Virus record (IMG/VR): IMGVR_UViG_3300045988_064761
Coordinates: 1 to 40,030 of that record
From: a virus
Length of the DNA stretch: 40,030 nucleotides
Strand: one strand, 5' to 3'
Shown piece by piece: positions 22,595 through 31,720 of this stretch; within the stretch, counting starts at the first letter, position 1; every line of letters starts with the position of its first letter. The notes beneath the pieces are model-generated. The model searched no databases and had not been told where the DNA came from. It saw only the letters and a program-made list of their open reading frames with translations. The position numbers and the translations under genes were made by a program.

Positions 22595-23016
22595 AGCTTT
22601 CTCCATTTGTTCAGCCGAGAAGCAAACACGCCCTGCCATCCCGTCACAGAGCCGCCAGAATTGCCATTTGTGCTCGACTTGGTGTAACTGTACCCTGCAA
22701 AGCTCTCACTCTGGAATGGGTTGTTTGCGGCGTTCTCGTACTTATCGCGCCATACTTCCACATCCTCAACCAGAGAAATAAAGGCGGAGGGCACAGCCAG
22801 CGCCCACACAGCACCGTCAAACGTTTCATCGGTCAAGCTTCCAGCACCGTACTCGTACACGCCATCGTTAAACTTGCTCCCGATAATGCGGAAATATTGC
22901 CCATCAACTAAAAAAGGCAGCGTAATGCTGCCGTCCTTGATGGTAAATGTGCCGCTGTACGCGCCATCCGGGACCTTAAACCAGTTCCGGCACTCTCGCA
23001 TCAATTCTTCAAGCAT
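22591..23016 (-). CDS. Head-tail connector candidate
   Basis: First gene after the major capsid protein gene. Confidence 0.4.
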   Translation of the reverse strand: MLEELMRECRNWFKVPDGAYSGTFTIKDGSITLPFLVDGQYFRIIGSKFNDGVYEYGAGSLTDETFDGAVWALAVPSAFISLVEDVEVWRDKYENAANNPFQSESFAGYSYTKSSTNGNSGGSVTGWQGVFASRLNKWRKL

Positions 23017-23031
23017 TACGCTGCCTCCTTT

Positions 23032-23964
23032 TTACTGTACTGCCTTGGCAGTTTTTGCGCTCCGGGTTTCTGCGGGCGTAATGGTGGCGACGGCGATACC
23101 GTCCAGGTACTCAGCCCACAGCTTCATGCCCATAAGAGCGTACATATCGCCAGTTGCGCGGCTGTAGTCGCCGTCAACATGCACACCAATCAGGTTGGTT
23201 TCGCCCTCGACGGTATAGTTCAGGCCCAGCTTGGCGAAATCGCTGTCGGCGGGGTCGATGTAGTACAGGTCGATGTTCTCAACAGGGACGGCAATAACCT
23301 TGTTGCGGGCGATGTACTTTGCGGGCAGTAGGAACAGGGTGGAATAACCCATGAAATTCTGAACATAGGTCAGGCCGAAGGCGGTCTGCGTGGTGATTTC
23401 CTTGTCGCCCAGATAGCCGTAGAAGTCCAGAATGTTGGCAAAGCCGACAACCTCGGTAACATCACGATCCATGCTGGCGAACTTGTCCAGCACATTGCCC
23501 TTTGCCAGAGCAAGACCCTGCTGCCAAGTGGTAGCAGCTACATCCAGAGAGCCAGTGTTCAGGAAGGTGTAGAAGTCGCCCAGAACCTTGTTCTGCAGGG
23601 CGACAAGGAACGCCTCGTCGGTCTTTTCAACGGCAACGTCTGCGCCGTACTTGGCGACAGCCTCAACGGACACGCTCTTAGCATACTTGGCAATCTCAAT
23701 GTCGCCGTAGGTTTTGGGCGCGACCTTCATCTTGGTCAGCGGGATCTCATCGCCCTCAGCAACGGACGTACCGCCAGCCAGAGTGCCGTCAACAGCGGCC
23801 TCATAGGAGACCAGCTTTGTGCCGGGGGCCTTGCGGATGGGGCGCATAATGCCCATGATGGTGCGCAGCGCTTCCCAGTTCTTGCCAAAGCGAGTGACAA
23901 AGTCAACCTCGCGGGCGTTGACAGTAATCTGGGCAGCGGTAGTCAGGTTAGTTTTTGCAGCCAT
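23032..23964 (-). CDS. Major capsid protein
   Basis: 310 aa, directly after the scaffold gene, strong SD (AAAGGAG). Confidence 0.8.
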   Translation of the reverse strand: MAAKTNLTTAAQITVNAREVDFVTRFGKNWEALRTIMGIMRPIRKAPGTKLVSYEAAVDGTLAGGTSVAEGDEIPLTKMKVAPKTYGDIEIAKYAKSVSVEAVAKYGADVAVEKTDEAFLVALQNKVLGDFYTFLNTGSLDVAATTWQQGLALAKGNVLDKFASMDRDVTEVVGFANILDFYGYLGDKEITTQTAFGLTYVQNFMGYSTLFLLPAKYIARNKVIAVPVENIDLYYIDPADSDFAKLGLNYTVEGETNLIGVHVDGDYSRATGDMYALMGMKLWAEYLDGIAVATITPAETRSAKTAKAVQ

Positions 23965-23981
23965 AATTTGGCTCCTTTCTG

Positions 23982-24620
23982 TTAATCGTCAGATTCGTTT
24001 TGCATGAGGTTCACAAGCGCCGCCTGCCGCTCAGAGGTTGACAGTACATAACGGCCCTTGTCGTCCGTCTTGTAGATGTCCTCCCGCGTCAGGGCCTTGC
24101 CGCCATTGCTGGCGGGGGGAGTAGGGATGTTTGCGCCTTTTGTGCTGGTCGTGGTGATGTACTCGCTGTAATCGGATTTAAGGCTTTTTTCCAGCGCAGC
24201 AGCGTCTTTTATAGCGCCCTTGTCATCCAATTCCAGTTTGTCAAGTAGGCCGTCTCCCTTTGCCAGACGTGCGACAGAGGAAATCCGTTTTTCAGAAATG
24301 CCGATTTTCAGCAGGACGTCGGACAGCGCCTTTTCTTTGGCAGCCGTCGTTTTTTCAGCGTCTACGTTGGCCTTGTAGTCCCCAAAAGCCTTGTGCTCTG
24401 CTTCATACTTAGCCTTGTAGCCGCCGTCGCCCTGCGCTTTCAGGTCGTCCAACTCCTTCTGAACGCCCGGCAGCTTTTCTGCATCGGCTTTATACCGCGT
24501 GACGTCGTCCTTCAGCGGGTCAACAACGCCCAGATGGAGCGCCACCAGCTGATTTTCAATTTCGTCAGTGCAGCTTTCGCCAATGATTTTACGGATTTCA
24601 GCGCGTGTAAATTTTGCCAT
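23982..24620 (-). CDS. Scaffolding protein
   Basis: Charged coiled-coil-like 212-aa protein upstream of the capsid gene. Confidence 0.75.
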   Translation of the reverse strand: MAKFTRAEIRKIIGESCTDEIENQLVALHLGVVDPLKDDVTRYKADAEKLPGVQKELDDLKAQGDGGYKAKYEAEHKAFGDYKANVDAEKTTAAKEKALSDVLLKIGISEKRISSVARLAKGDGLLDKLELDDKGAIKDAAALEKSLKSDYSEYITTTSTKGANIPTPPASNGGKALTREDIYKTDDKGRYVLSTSERQAALVNLMQNESDD

Positions 24621-24762
24621 GGGGGTTCTCTCCTTTTCTTCGGTGGCGGTTCTTCGCCATTTGAGTTTTATTTATTCAAAACAGCAGTGCTTCGCTGTTT
24701 TTGCGTATAAAAATAGCACCTGCCGCAAACGCGGTAGATGCTAATAAAAAGAGCCGAGAGGC

Positions 24763-25161
24763 TTATTTGCCTTTCAGCTCTGCTTCGATGATTCTTTTGT
24801 ACTGTTCGCCGTGCTCGGCAACGGCAGGCTTGATAAAAGGCTTTGCCCGTTGGCCGTGCGTCAAATGCCAATCGCCTTTTGCATCTTGGTACACCCACGG
24901 CGTTTGTCTGCCGCCGGGATAATAAATGCCCGTGCCGCACTCCACATAAACCGCATACTCGCTGTTTGTGCCGATGTACGCGGCTTTTCCGCTGTCACTG
25001 ACCGTATGTGTAATGCTGTTTCGCAGGTTGCCTGTGTCTACGGGGCACAGCTTTTTTGCGTACCCCTCGCCCACAAGCCCGCATTTTTCCAACGCCCGCT
25101 GGCAAGCGGATTCCAGCGCTTCCAATACCTCGTCACTGTGGTCTTCAAGTGTGATTTTCAT
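24763..25161 (-). CDS. HK97 gp10-family protein
   Basis: Contains CPVDTGNLRNSITH and FIKPA motifs. Confidence 0.6.
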   Translation of the reverse strand: MKITLEDHSDEVLEALESACQRALEKCGLVGEGYAKKLCPVDTGNLRNSITHTVSDSGKAAYIGTNSEYAVYVECGTGIYYPGGRQTPWVYQDAKGDWHLTHGQRAKPFIKPAVAEHGEQYKRIIEAELKGK

Positions 25162-25167
25162 TGCGCA

Positions 25168-25314
25168 TCAATCCTCTTCAAGTGCTTTGTAAAACGCCTC
25201 ATAGGATTCCTTTGCTTTTGGTGGCGCGTCACTTGTCAGTACATACTTTTTGGCCGATGCGTCAAATCTAAACCATTCTTCATTTTCCATAAAATAGGGC
25301 ATATCTTGGAACAT
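25168..25314 (-). CDS. 48-aa protein directly downstream of the MuF fusion (below the ORF-track cutoff)
   Basis: The ATG lies 1 nt after the MuF stop. Protein MFQDMPYFMENEEWFRFDASAKKYVLTSDAPPKAKESYEAFYKALEED. Confidence 0.45.
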   Translation of the reverse strand: MFQDMPYFMENEEWFRFDASAKKYVLTSDAPPKAKESYEAFYKALEED

Positions 25315-25315
25315 A

Positions 25316-27148
25316 TTACGCCTTTTCGAAATATTTTTTTATTATATTGGAAACCGCCAAAGAATATTTGCTCGGATTTGTGCCAACTTCCGCATCGGCA
25401 AAGCATTCTGCAACAAATTCGTCCGCATTTGTCAGAGAGTAATCGCTGATTTTAATGCTGTCGTATTTCTTTTTTGCTGTCGCAATTGCTTCTCTGTCTG
25501 CGTCCGTCACTTCACCTGTTCCAAAAATCATTTTGGCTTCAATCGGTTTGCGGATTTTGTCATAGTTGTCTTTTGCTGCTTGCACTGTGTTACAGTATTC
25601 GTCCCAAATAGGTTCGATTTCTTTTCTCGCCTTTTTAACTGCCGTAAAATCAACAAGTGCAAAATTTTGCGCTTTTCCGGGTAGTTTTTCTCCGATATTT
25701 AACAAGCTGTGTCCATATTCGTGCGTAATAACATATTTTATTTCATCGCCCGACGCAAATTTAACACAATACCCTTTTTGCGAAAGGTCAAAAATATGTT
25801 TCCGGCCAGAATCTGTTACTTTCAGCGGGTTTATTCTCATTTCCGCGCTTCCCAGCCCCCATTGATGATTTACAACGGCAAAGGCGTGTGAAAGCAAACT
25901 GTCGGTTTTGTCCATTACGGTAAGCTTTGTAAGCGGAGAATAATATCGGTTTCCAAGGTCGTCAATTGCGTCTACAATGCCAGCAGAAACATTTTTGTCA
26001 AGTTTTGAAATTTTGACGGTATCAAGCAGTGTATTATTTTCAATGTCTTGTGCTTTAACCTCAACGCCGTGACCGACAAAGCGTTTTCTGTAGTCGTCCC
26101 ACGCACTCCAGATGGATTTTCTGCCTCGTAGATCAATGTTTTCCTGCGCTTTTTCTTCTTTTTTCCACCCCGCCCACTCTGCATAGGTCATATCTCCCAC
26201 AAGCACAGATTTCCCAGTTTCGGGGTCTATGGCGCGTCTGCCGCCGCTGCTTGTGTCTTCACCATCAACCTCTGCAATCTGTGTGCATCGGCAGTTATAC
26301 ACAAGATAGCCCGGCGCGGAAGTGTCGCCCGGGTACATAATCTCGTACCCATCCACCTTGAACGGCTTGTCCACATTGACCGTCTGCCCATCAAGCATTG
26401 CGTGTGCGTGGCGTGTTCTGCCGTCCAGCGTTGCCAGCCAGCGCTTTTTCAGCTTGATTCCCATATCCCGCGCGGCACGGTAGGTATCTAACCTCCCCGC
26501 GTTCTGCGCACCTGTGACCGCCGTTCTCGCCGTTCTAATGGCGCTCGTTCGGTTCATATCCTGCATACGCCGTTGCAGGTCGTTGGCGATTTTCGTGATG
26601 CTCTTGCCTTGCAGAATTGAGCTTGTGACGCTGGCTGTAATCTGTTGCTTGCCGTACTTCAAATCAATGCCGCGTTGCAATGCACGCTTTGGCGGGTAGT
26701 ACGGCATCAAGTCAGGCTGCTCCACAATCAGACGTTTCACTGTCTGCTCATCCCACAGCGTAAAATCTGCTTTGTCGGAAACCTGCTCGATTTTGTAAGC
26801 AGAGTAATTGCGGTTCAGGCTGTAAATGCCCGGCGTAGCGTCATTGACGTAGTCCACAGCTGTTGCATTGGCATCGGTGTATCTTTCCGCCACTTTATCT
26901 CGCAGGGCTTCAAAACGCTTGCCGCGCCCTATCTGCGCAAGCCGCCATTGCTTATACTGCTGTTCGGTTATTTCGCCGTTTTTCAGCTTTTCTTGCATAG
27001 CCGCGTCGCTCTTTTCAAACTTTTCAAAATACGTTTTCACGGTTTCGGCAAGTTCGCCCGCCGCTAGCTCGTATATCTTGGAAATGCGCTGCTCCAACTC
27101 TGCCAGCTTTTCGTCCGTCAGTTTGTGGGCATAATCATGTTTTTTCAT
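25316..27148 (-). CDS. Head morphogenesis protein (SPP1 gp7/MuF family) fused to a C-terminal HExxH metalloprotease-like domain
   Basis: MuF part runs up to YLVYNCRCTQ (aa ~290). The C-terminal ~270 aa contain THEYGH (25709-25723) and ADEFVAECFA, an M34/ATLF-like pairing. Confidence 0.8.
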   Translation of the reverse strand: MKKHDYAHKLTDEKLAELEQRISKIYELAAGELAETVKTYFEKFEKSDAAMQEKLKNGEITEQQYKQWRLAQIGRGKRFEALRDKVAERYTDANATAVDYVNDATPGIYSLNRNYSAYKIEQVSDKADFTLWDEQTVKRLIVEQPDLMPYYPPKRALQRGIDLKYGKQQITASVTSSILQGKSITKIANDLQRRMQDMNRTSAIRTARTAVTGAQNAGRLDTYRAARDMGIKLKKRWLATLDGRTRHAHAMLDGQTVNVDKPFKVDGYEIMYPGDTSAPGYLVYNCRCTQIAEVDGEDTSSGGRRAIDPETGKSVLVGDMTYAEWAGWKKEEKAQENIDLRGRKSIWSAWDDYRKRFVGHGVEVKAQDIENNTLLDTVKISKLDKNVSAGIVDAIDDLGNRYYSPLTKLTVMDKTDSLLSHAFAVVNHQWGLGSAEMRINPLKVTDSGRKHIFDLSQKGYCVKFASGDEIKYVITHEYGHSLLNIGEKLPGKAQNFALVDFTAVKKARKEIEPIWDEYCNTVQAAKDNYDKIRKPIEAKMIFGTGEVTDADREAIATAKKKYDSIKISDYSLTNADEFVAECFADAEVGTNPSKYSLAVSNIIKKYFEKA

Positions 27149-27561
27149 TTTCTTCTTTTAGTGGATTTTTTTCTTTTTACTGCGCCACCGACAAATCCCA
27201 TCATTTCCTCACTAAGCCTTGCTTGGCTTCTTTTGTATGTCGATGTAGTGATTTCTCTTTTTGTAGCTTCACCAAAAGAATTCACAAATGTTTTTCCACT
27301 TGTTTTTTTATCAGACGAATTTTTACTCGCAGTTATTATCTTGTTTGTAAGTGTACGTCTTTTTGACTCAAGCGCCTGTTTTTTTCTTTGCACATCGTAA
27401 TATCCGCCAGGCATATTCCACGCAGGGTTTTTTGATGCGTAATCCGCCAACCTTTTGTTCAGTTTGTCAATTTGGGAATTCAGGCTTTTTTCTCTCTCTT
27501 TTAAGGTGCCTATACTCGCACTACTGCCGCCCCTGCCGCTTCCAGAACCTCTACCGCCCAT
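27145..27561 (-). CDS. Very basic Lys/Arg/Ser-rich protein (138 aa), function unknown
   Basis: AGGAGAT lies 8 nt upstream of ATG 27561. A+T-rich. Inserted between the portal and MuF genes. Confidence 0.6.
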   Translation of the reverse strand: MGGRGSGSGRGGSSASIGTLKEREKSLNSQIDKLNKRLADYASKNPAWNMPGGYYDVQRKKQALESKRRTLTNKIITASKNSSDKKTSGKTFVNSFGEATKREITTSTYKRSQARLSEEMMGFVGGAVKRKKSTKRRK

Positions 27562-28177
27562 TCTCACATCTCCTTTTTACTCGCTTATAATATGGCTGAA
27601 TCCTAGTAACGTTCCAGTCAAATTCTTCAGGGCATTTGCCATACCACAAAATTTCACTGGGTTCAAGCCTTGCCAATGCCGCTCGAACGCCTTTTTCAAA
27701 CAGCGCTTGATTCTGCTTGCTTTGTTGTGTTCCCACGCTGGAAATCGCCACAATAGAATGCTGCGGCTCGCCGTCAAAACACCACTCGTAGCTTTGTTCA
27801 TTGCTCCAGCACAAGGTTGGCACAACGTGAATCCCGCATTGCTGCCAGTATGCCGCCAACCAATGCTTGCGATAATGATTGTAAATCTGCATAGCAAGCG
27901 GCATATCCGTATACATTGAGAAATCAGGCGCACACACAGCGCCAAATTTTCGCAGCAGCGGAATGTACTTGTCCGGCTGATTCCACACCCTTTGGAATTG
28001 ATAATCATCCACGAAAAAGTGAACTCCTTTTGTTGCGCAGTCCGTACAGGTTTTAGCAAAATTGAACGGAATCCATTCTAGATGCCGCACATCAAGTTGT
28101 TCCGGCTGGATAATCGGCGCATCGTATTTGCCAATGCCTAAAAAGTTAGCTTTGTCGAGGTTTTCAAAATTCAACAT
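27551..28177 (-). CDS. DUF4417-like protein
   Basis: Contains VHFFVDDYQFQRVWNQPDKY...CAPDFSMYTDMPLAMQIYNHYRKHWLAAYWQQCGIHVVPTL, which matches DUF4417 as I recall it. Confidence 0.65.
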   Translation of the reverse strand: MLNFENLDKANFLGIGKYDAPIIQPEQLDVRHLEWIPFNFAKTCTDCATKGVHFFVDDYQFQRVWNQPDKYIPLLRKFGAVCAPDFSMYTDMPLAMQIYNHYRKHWLAAYWQQCGIHVVPTLCWSNEQSYEWCFDGEPQHSIVAISSVGTQQSKQNQALFEKGVRAALARLEPSEILWYGKCPEEFDWNVTRIQPYYKRVKRRCENGR

Positions 28178-28181
28178 CTTG

Positions 28182-29528
28182 TCATCCCTCGCCTTCTGTC
28201 GTACGGTCTAACTCCTCTGCCGCCTTTCGATCCATCAATTCCTCGTACTGGTCTGCGTCGCCGAGAATGGTCAGCAGCTTTTTTGTTATGTATTCATCAT
28301 CGTAATACTCCGCACCCAGCAGCACGGTCTGCACCTCTTCCTGCTTGTTGATAATTTGGTTTCGCGTATAAGTTGGTTTATCATCAAGCTCGGCAACCGC
28401 CAAAATGCCCTTGATGCAGCGCGTCACGCAGCTTTCAAACTTGTCCGTTTTCAGGTCGAGTGGCACATAACTGGCCTTGATGGCCGTTGCAGTTTGGTTT
28501 CCAGCGCTAACAGCCGCAGAATCAAATGCCTGAAAGTCCTCGTATAACTTTTTGGTGAGCATATCAATGGTGGCTTGCGTGCCTTGGAACGGCGCTTCGA
28601 TGCTCTGTGGCGTGGCCTTCGCGCCTTCGTCACCGTCAGCATGGGCGACATGGGTCGTTTTCAGACGCTCAATAAACTTTGTATCGTCCTGCTCGTCCAT
28701 GCCTCCGCAGTTGGTCAGAACCCAGAAAATCAGGTTGCCCTCGTCAACGTTGTTTACCATGTTGGAGCTTGCAAGGTCGAGCGCGTCAATGGTATTCTGT
28801 CTCCCCTGTAACTCGCTGTGGGCCTGCTCTCCGTTTTTCAGCGGGATAATGGGAAATCCGGGATAATTCTCACCGTCATAAATTTCTGTGCCGTCTGCCT
28901 CGCTGGTGCGCAGCTTCAACTTGTAAGCGCGTTTCGGCTTGAGAATCGCCATATCATCGCTTTTGGGCTTTAGATACTCTGTATAGCCGTCAAGCTCGTA
29001 CAGCGTGGCGCGCAGTGGCTTATTGTCTGCCACCTGCCAGAAACGGATTCCGGCTTTAATGGAGCCATCTTCCTCGTCGTACAGTGGAACAAATTCCTCT
29101 GCTGCGAACACCTGCACATGGTCGAGATTCCAGAACACGAAAGACTGCCCGTCAATCAAAGCATGGCGGGCAGCGTCCATAATATCTTCATCAAACGTCG
29201 CGCCAAGCGCCTTTTCTGTCTCCGGCTTCTGAAATGAAACGCCGTTGCCCAGCAAATACGAAACTTCTTGGTCTACGACCAAGCCAAAGAACTTGCTTGC
29301 TATCTTGTGATTTGCCGTGTACATGTCACGGTGCGCCTTGCCCTGCATGTCGTAGATGATTTTCTCGTATTTGTTGATTGTAGGGTTTTCTCCGTGGTAA
29401 TACTTGTTGGCGTTCGCTGCAAGGCGTGTGCTATGGTCGGCCTTATACTCATTGATTGCGCCCAGGATGAAACTCATGCGGGCTTTTTCTTCCTCGCCAA
29501 CCGCCGCAAAATCTTGGTATGTTTTCAC
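28182..29528 (-). CDS. Portal protein (SPP1 gp6-like)
   Basis: 448 aa directly after TerL. Contains ANHKIASKFFGLVVDQEVSYLLGNGVSF. Confidence 0.88.
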   Translation of the reverse strand: MKTYQDFAAVGEEEKARMSFILGAINEYKADHSTRLAANANKYYHGENPTINKYEKIIYDMQGKAHRDMYTANHKIASKFFGLVVDQEVSYLLGNGVSFQKPETEKALGATFDEDIMDAARHALIDGQSFVFWNLDHVQVFAAEEFVPLYDEEDGSIKAGIRFWQVADNKPLRATLYELDGYTEYLKPKSDDMAILKPKRAYKLKLRTSEADGTEIYDGENYPGFPIIPLKNGEQAHSELQGRQNTIDALDLASSNMVNNVDEGNLIFWVLTNCGGMDEQDDTKFIERLKTTHVAHADGDEGAKATPQSIEAPFQGTQATIDMLTKKLYEDFQAFDSAAVSAGNQTATAIKASYVPLDLKTDKFESCVTRCIKGILAVAELDDKPTYTRNQIINKQEEVQTVLLGAEYYDDEYITKKLLTILGDADQYEELMDRKAAEELDRTTEGEG

Positions 29529-29543
29529 GTCTTATCACCGCCT

Positions 29544-30827
29544 TTACACGAAAATGCTCTTGTATCTGGTTTCGGCGGTGTCTCCCGCCTTGTTCGCTGT
29601 GCTTTCCATCGCATAACGCACAGCGTCAATGTGATGGTTGTTGATGTCTGGATACCCCTCCAAAACTTCCCCCGTTTTCGCATCTCGCTCGTACTCGTAC
29701 TCGCTAAACTCTTTTGCAGTGTCCGGACAACGTTCCGGGTCAATGACAATAGCTTCCAGCATTTGCAGCCACTTTGTGCCGTATCGAACCGATTTCGGCC
29801 CCTTGCGGGCTGGGAACGTCTTTACGCCGTACTTGTTATAGTCCGCAATAGATTTTGGCTCGGCGCTATCCGCGCAGATTTTGTCCTCACGCGTCAGCCC
29901 TCTATCCAAAAGCAGTTGCGCGGTGTCCCTATTGCTGGTTCTGCGCCGCGTTAGCTCGTCAAAGATGTACAGCGTGCTCCGCGCTGCGTCATAGTGCATC
30001 GCATTGTATGCCCATGGGTCAGGATACCAGCCCCAGTCAACGCCGCGCTTGATTCTGTCAAATGTTTTCAACTGCTCGTCTGTGATTGGTTGAATTTTCA
30101 GGTTTTCGAATACCGCTGTGCCGCTTCCGACAACCTCGCCCAGATACTCGTGTCGGTAGGCCGTTTCGTTTGTGCGCTGCAAGTATTCAGCATCGGCAAG
30201 AAACCGTTCTCCGAGCCATTCTGCGGGCGTTGTTTTATAGGTGGAATGATGTATCAGCTTTCCAGACCGCGCTTTCAGCGCGTACCCGTTTGCCCAGTTC
30301 CGCGCCATTGCTGGCGGGTTGAAACTCTTGAACGTAATGAACCAGTCGCCGCCGCGCAAGCAGGACTGCTCAACGTTTCGGATTTGCTCTTCACCGTCAA
30401 ACTGGTCAAGTTCTTCAAACCAGCAGATGCCGATATAACCAAACGGCACTTTGATTGACTTTACCTTGCCGGGGTCATCAACGCCGAAAAAAAGCACCTT
30501 TTGCCCAGTTGGCAAATAGGTGCATTCCATAGGGCTGACAGTGCAACGAAAACGGTCGTGCAAACCAAGCTCATTGATTGCCCAGACAATCTGCGCATAA
30601 ACGCTTGTGCGCAGTGTGTTGCCGACTTTTCGGAACACTGCTGCGTGGCATTGCGGATGTGCTCTCAGCTGCAAAATGACTTCAACGCCAATAAAGCTTG
30701 ACTTTGTGCTGCCACGTCCGCCTTTTGCCACAAACTCTTGAACTTTACCATCCTCAATGTCCCAGAATGGCTTATAAAATGCTGGCGAAATAATATCCTT
30801 GATATGTTTATTCTCTTGGCACATCAT
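29544..30827 (-). CDS. terL: Terminase large subunit (PBSX/terminase_3-type)
   Basis: Walker A-like KGGRGSTKSS; contains ICWFEELDQF. Nuclease half lies at the C-terminus. Confidence 0.92.
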   Translation of the reverse strand: MMCQENKHIKDIISPAFYKPFWDIEDGKVQEFVAKGGRGSTKSSFIGVEVILQLRAHPQCHAAVFRKVGNTLRTSVYAQIVWAINELGLHDRFRCTVSPMECTYLPTGQKVLFFGVDDPGKVKSIKVPFGYIGICWFEELDQFDGEEQIRNVEQSCLRGGDWFITFKSFNPPAMARNWANGYALKARSGKLIHHSTYKTTPAEWLGERFLADAEYLQRTNETAYRHEYLGEVVGSGTAVFENLKIQPITDEQLKTFDRIKRGVDWGWYPDPWAYNAMHYDAARSTLYIFDELTRRRTSNRDTAQLLLDRGLTREDKICADSAEPKSIADYNKYGVKTFPARKGPKSVRYGTKWLQMLEAIVIDPERCPDTAKEFSEYEYERDAKTGEVLEGYPDINNHHIDAVRYAMESTANKAGDTAETRYKSIFV

Positions 30828-31242
30828 AAATAATATTCACCGTTCCCGCGCTCTCTTGCTTCGGTTTTTCATCCCATCCAAAATTTGCCCGCAAACTGAA
30901 CTGTGCGCCGCCGGAGCCGTCTTTGTCGTACAATCTTTCTTCGGCGTACTGTTCACAAAGGGTCTTTGCGCGCGTAATCGTGTCATTGAACTCTGGTTTG
31001 TTTTGATAATTCAAAAGCGCCTGCCTTGATGCAAAACCAAGTGCAAGCGCCAATCCTGTCACAGTAGGTGGCTTTTTATCGTCATAAATGATATAGCCGT
31101 TTTTATTTCGCATCGGTTCCCCGTTTTCATCTACGAACGGTTTTCCTTTGCAGGCTTCAAAGTAGGCATCAATCTTTTCTTGCATTGCCTTTACGCTCCT
31201 GTATTTAGGTGGTGCGCCACCCGGATTTTTTCTTGATGCCAC
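30808..31242 (-). CDS. terS: Terminase small subunit (GTG start at 31242)
   Basis: GAGGTGA lies 5 nt upstream of the GTG. ASRKNPGGAPPKYRSVKAMQEKIDAYFE is a typical TerS N-terminus. The upstream in-frame extension to 31416 looks non-coding. Confidence 0.8.
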   Translation of the reverse strand: MASRKNPGGAPPKYRSVKAMQEKIDAYFEACKGKPFVDENGEPMRNKNGYIIYDDKKPPTVTGLALALGFASRQALLNYQNKPEFNDTITRAKTLCEQYAEERLYDKDGSGGAQFSLRANFGWDEKPKQESAGTVNIIYDVPRE

Positions 31243-31260
31243 TTTATCACCTCGCTTTAC

Positions 31261-31293
31261 AACACAAAAAGCCCACACAATTTGTGTAAGCTT
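31261..31293 (-). terminator. Terminator-like hairpin about 20 nt upstream of the terS start
   Basis: Minus strand AAGCTTACAC-AAATT-GTGTGGGCTT (10 bp including 2 G-U pairs), then TTTGTGTT. Confidence 0.4.
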
Positions 31294-31720
31294 ATATCCC
31301 CCAAAACCCCTTTGCGCCTGAGGAAAAACGCGTTCCCGCCCTGTCGGTGTATGCTGTGCCGACCTCACCCGTTGCAGGTAGCAACTCCGCAACGCTTTTT
31401 CCCTGATTGTCCGCACAAGGATGGCGGGCTGTCTTTTCGCCCGCGCAGCTGCGGTGTTCGGCGGTATTTATACCCGCGCCCCTATTCGCGGTTGAAGTTT
31501 TGTTTCGCACTTCACTGTGCGGGCAGACTTTTTCAGGCTCTCGAAGTCCCGTTGCGACCTGCCATCGCGCCGCGCTCCTGATCGGCTCGCCGCTTTGCTT
31601 ACAGCGTTCAGGTTAGCTATCGCGTTTTGCCTGCGCCGGGCTTTCACCGGTGGGAGCGACCCAGCATATAATGACCTATAACATCACTCCCTGCAAGCAG
31701 GCAGTTAGCTATCAGCCATT

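Noticed and set aside
31243-31416. N-terminal extension of the terS ORF as given in the ORF track (start at 31416).
   Set aside because: The extension is Arg-rich nonsense-like sequence that spans a terminator-like hairpin and has no SD. GTG 31242 has GAGGTGA upstream and yields a typical TerS N-terminus.
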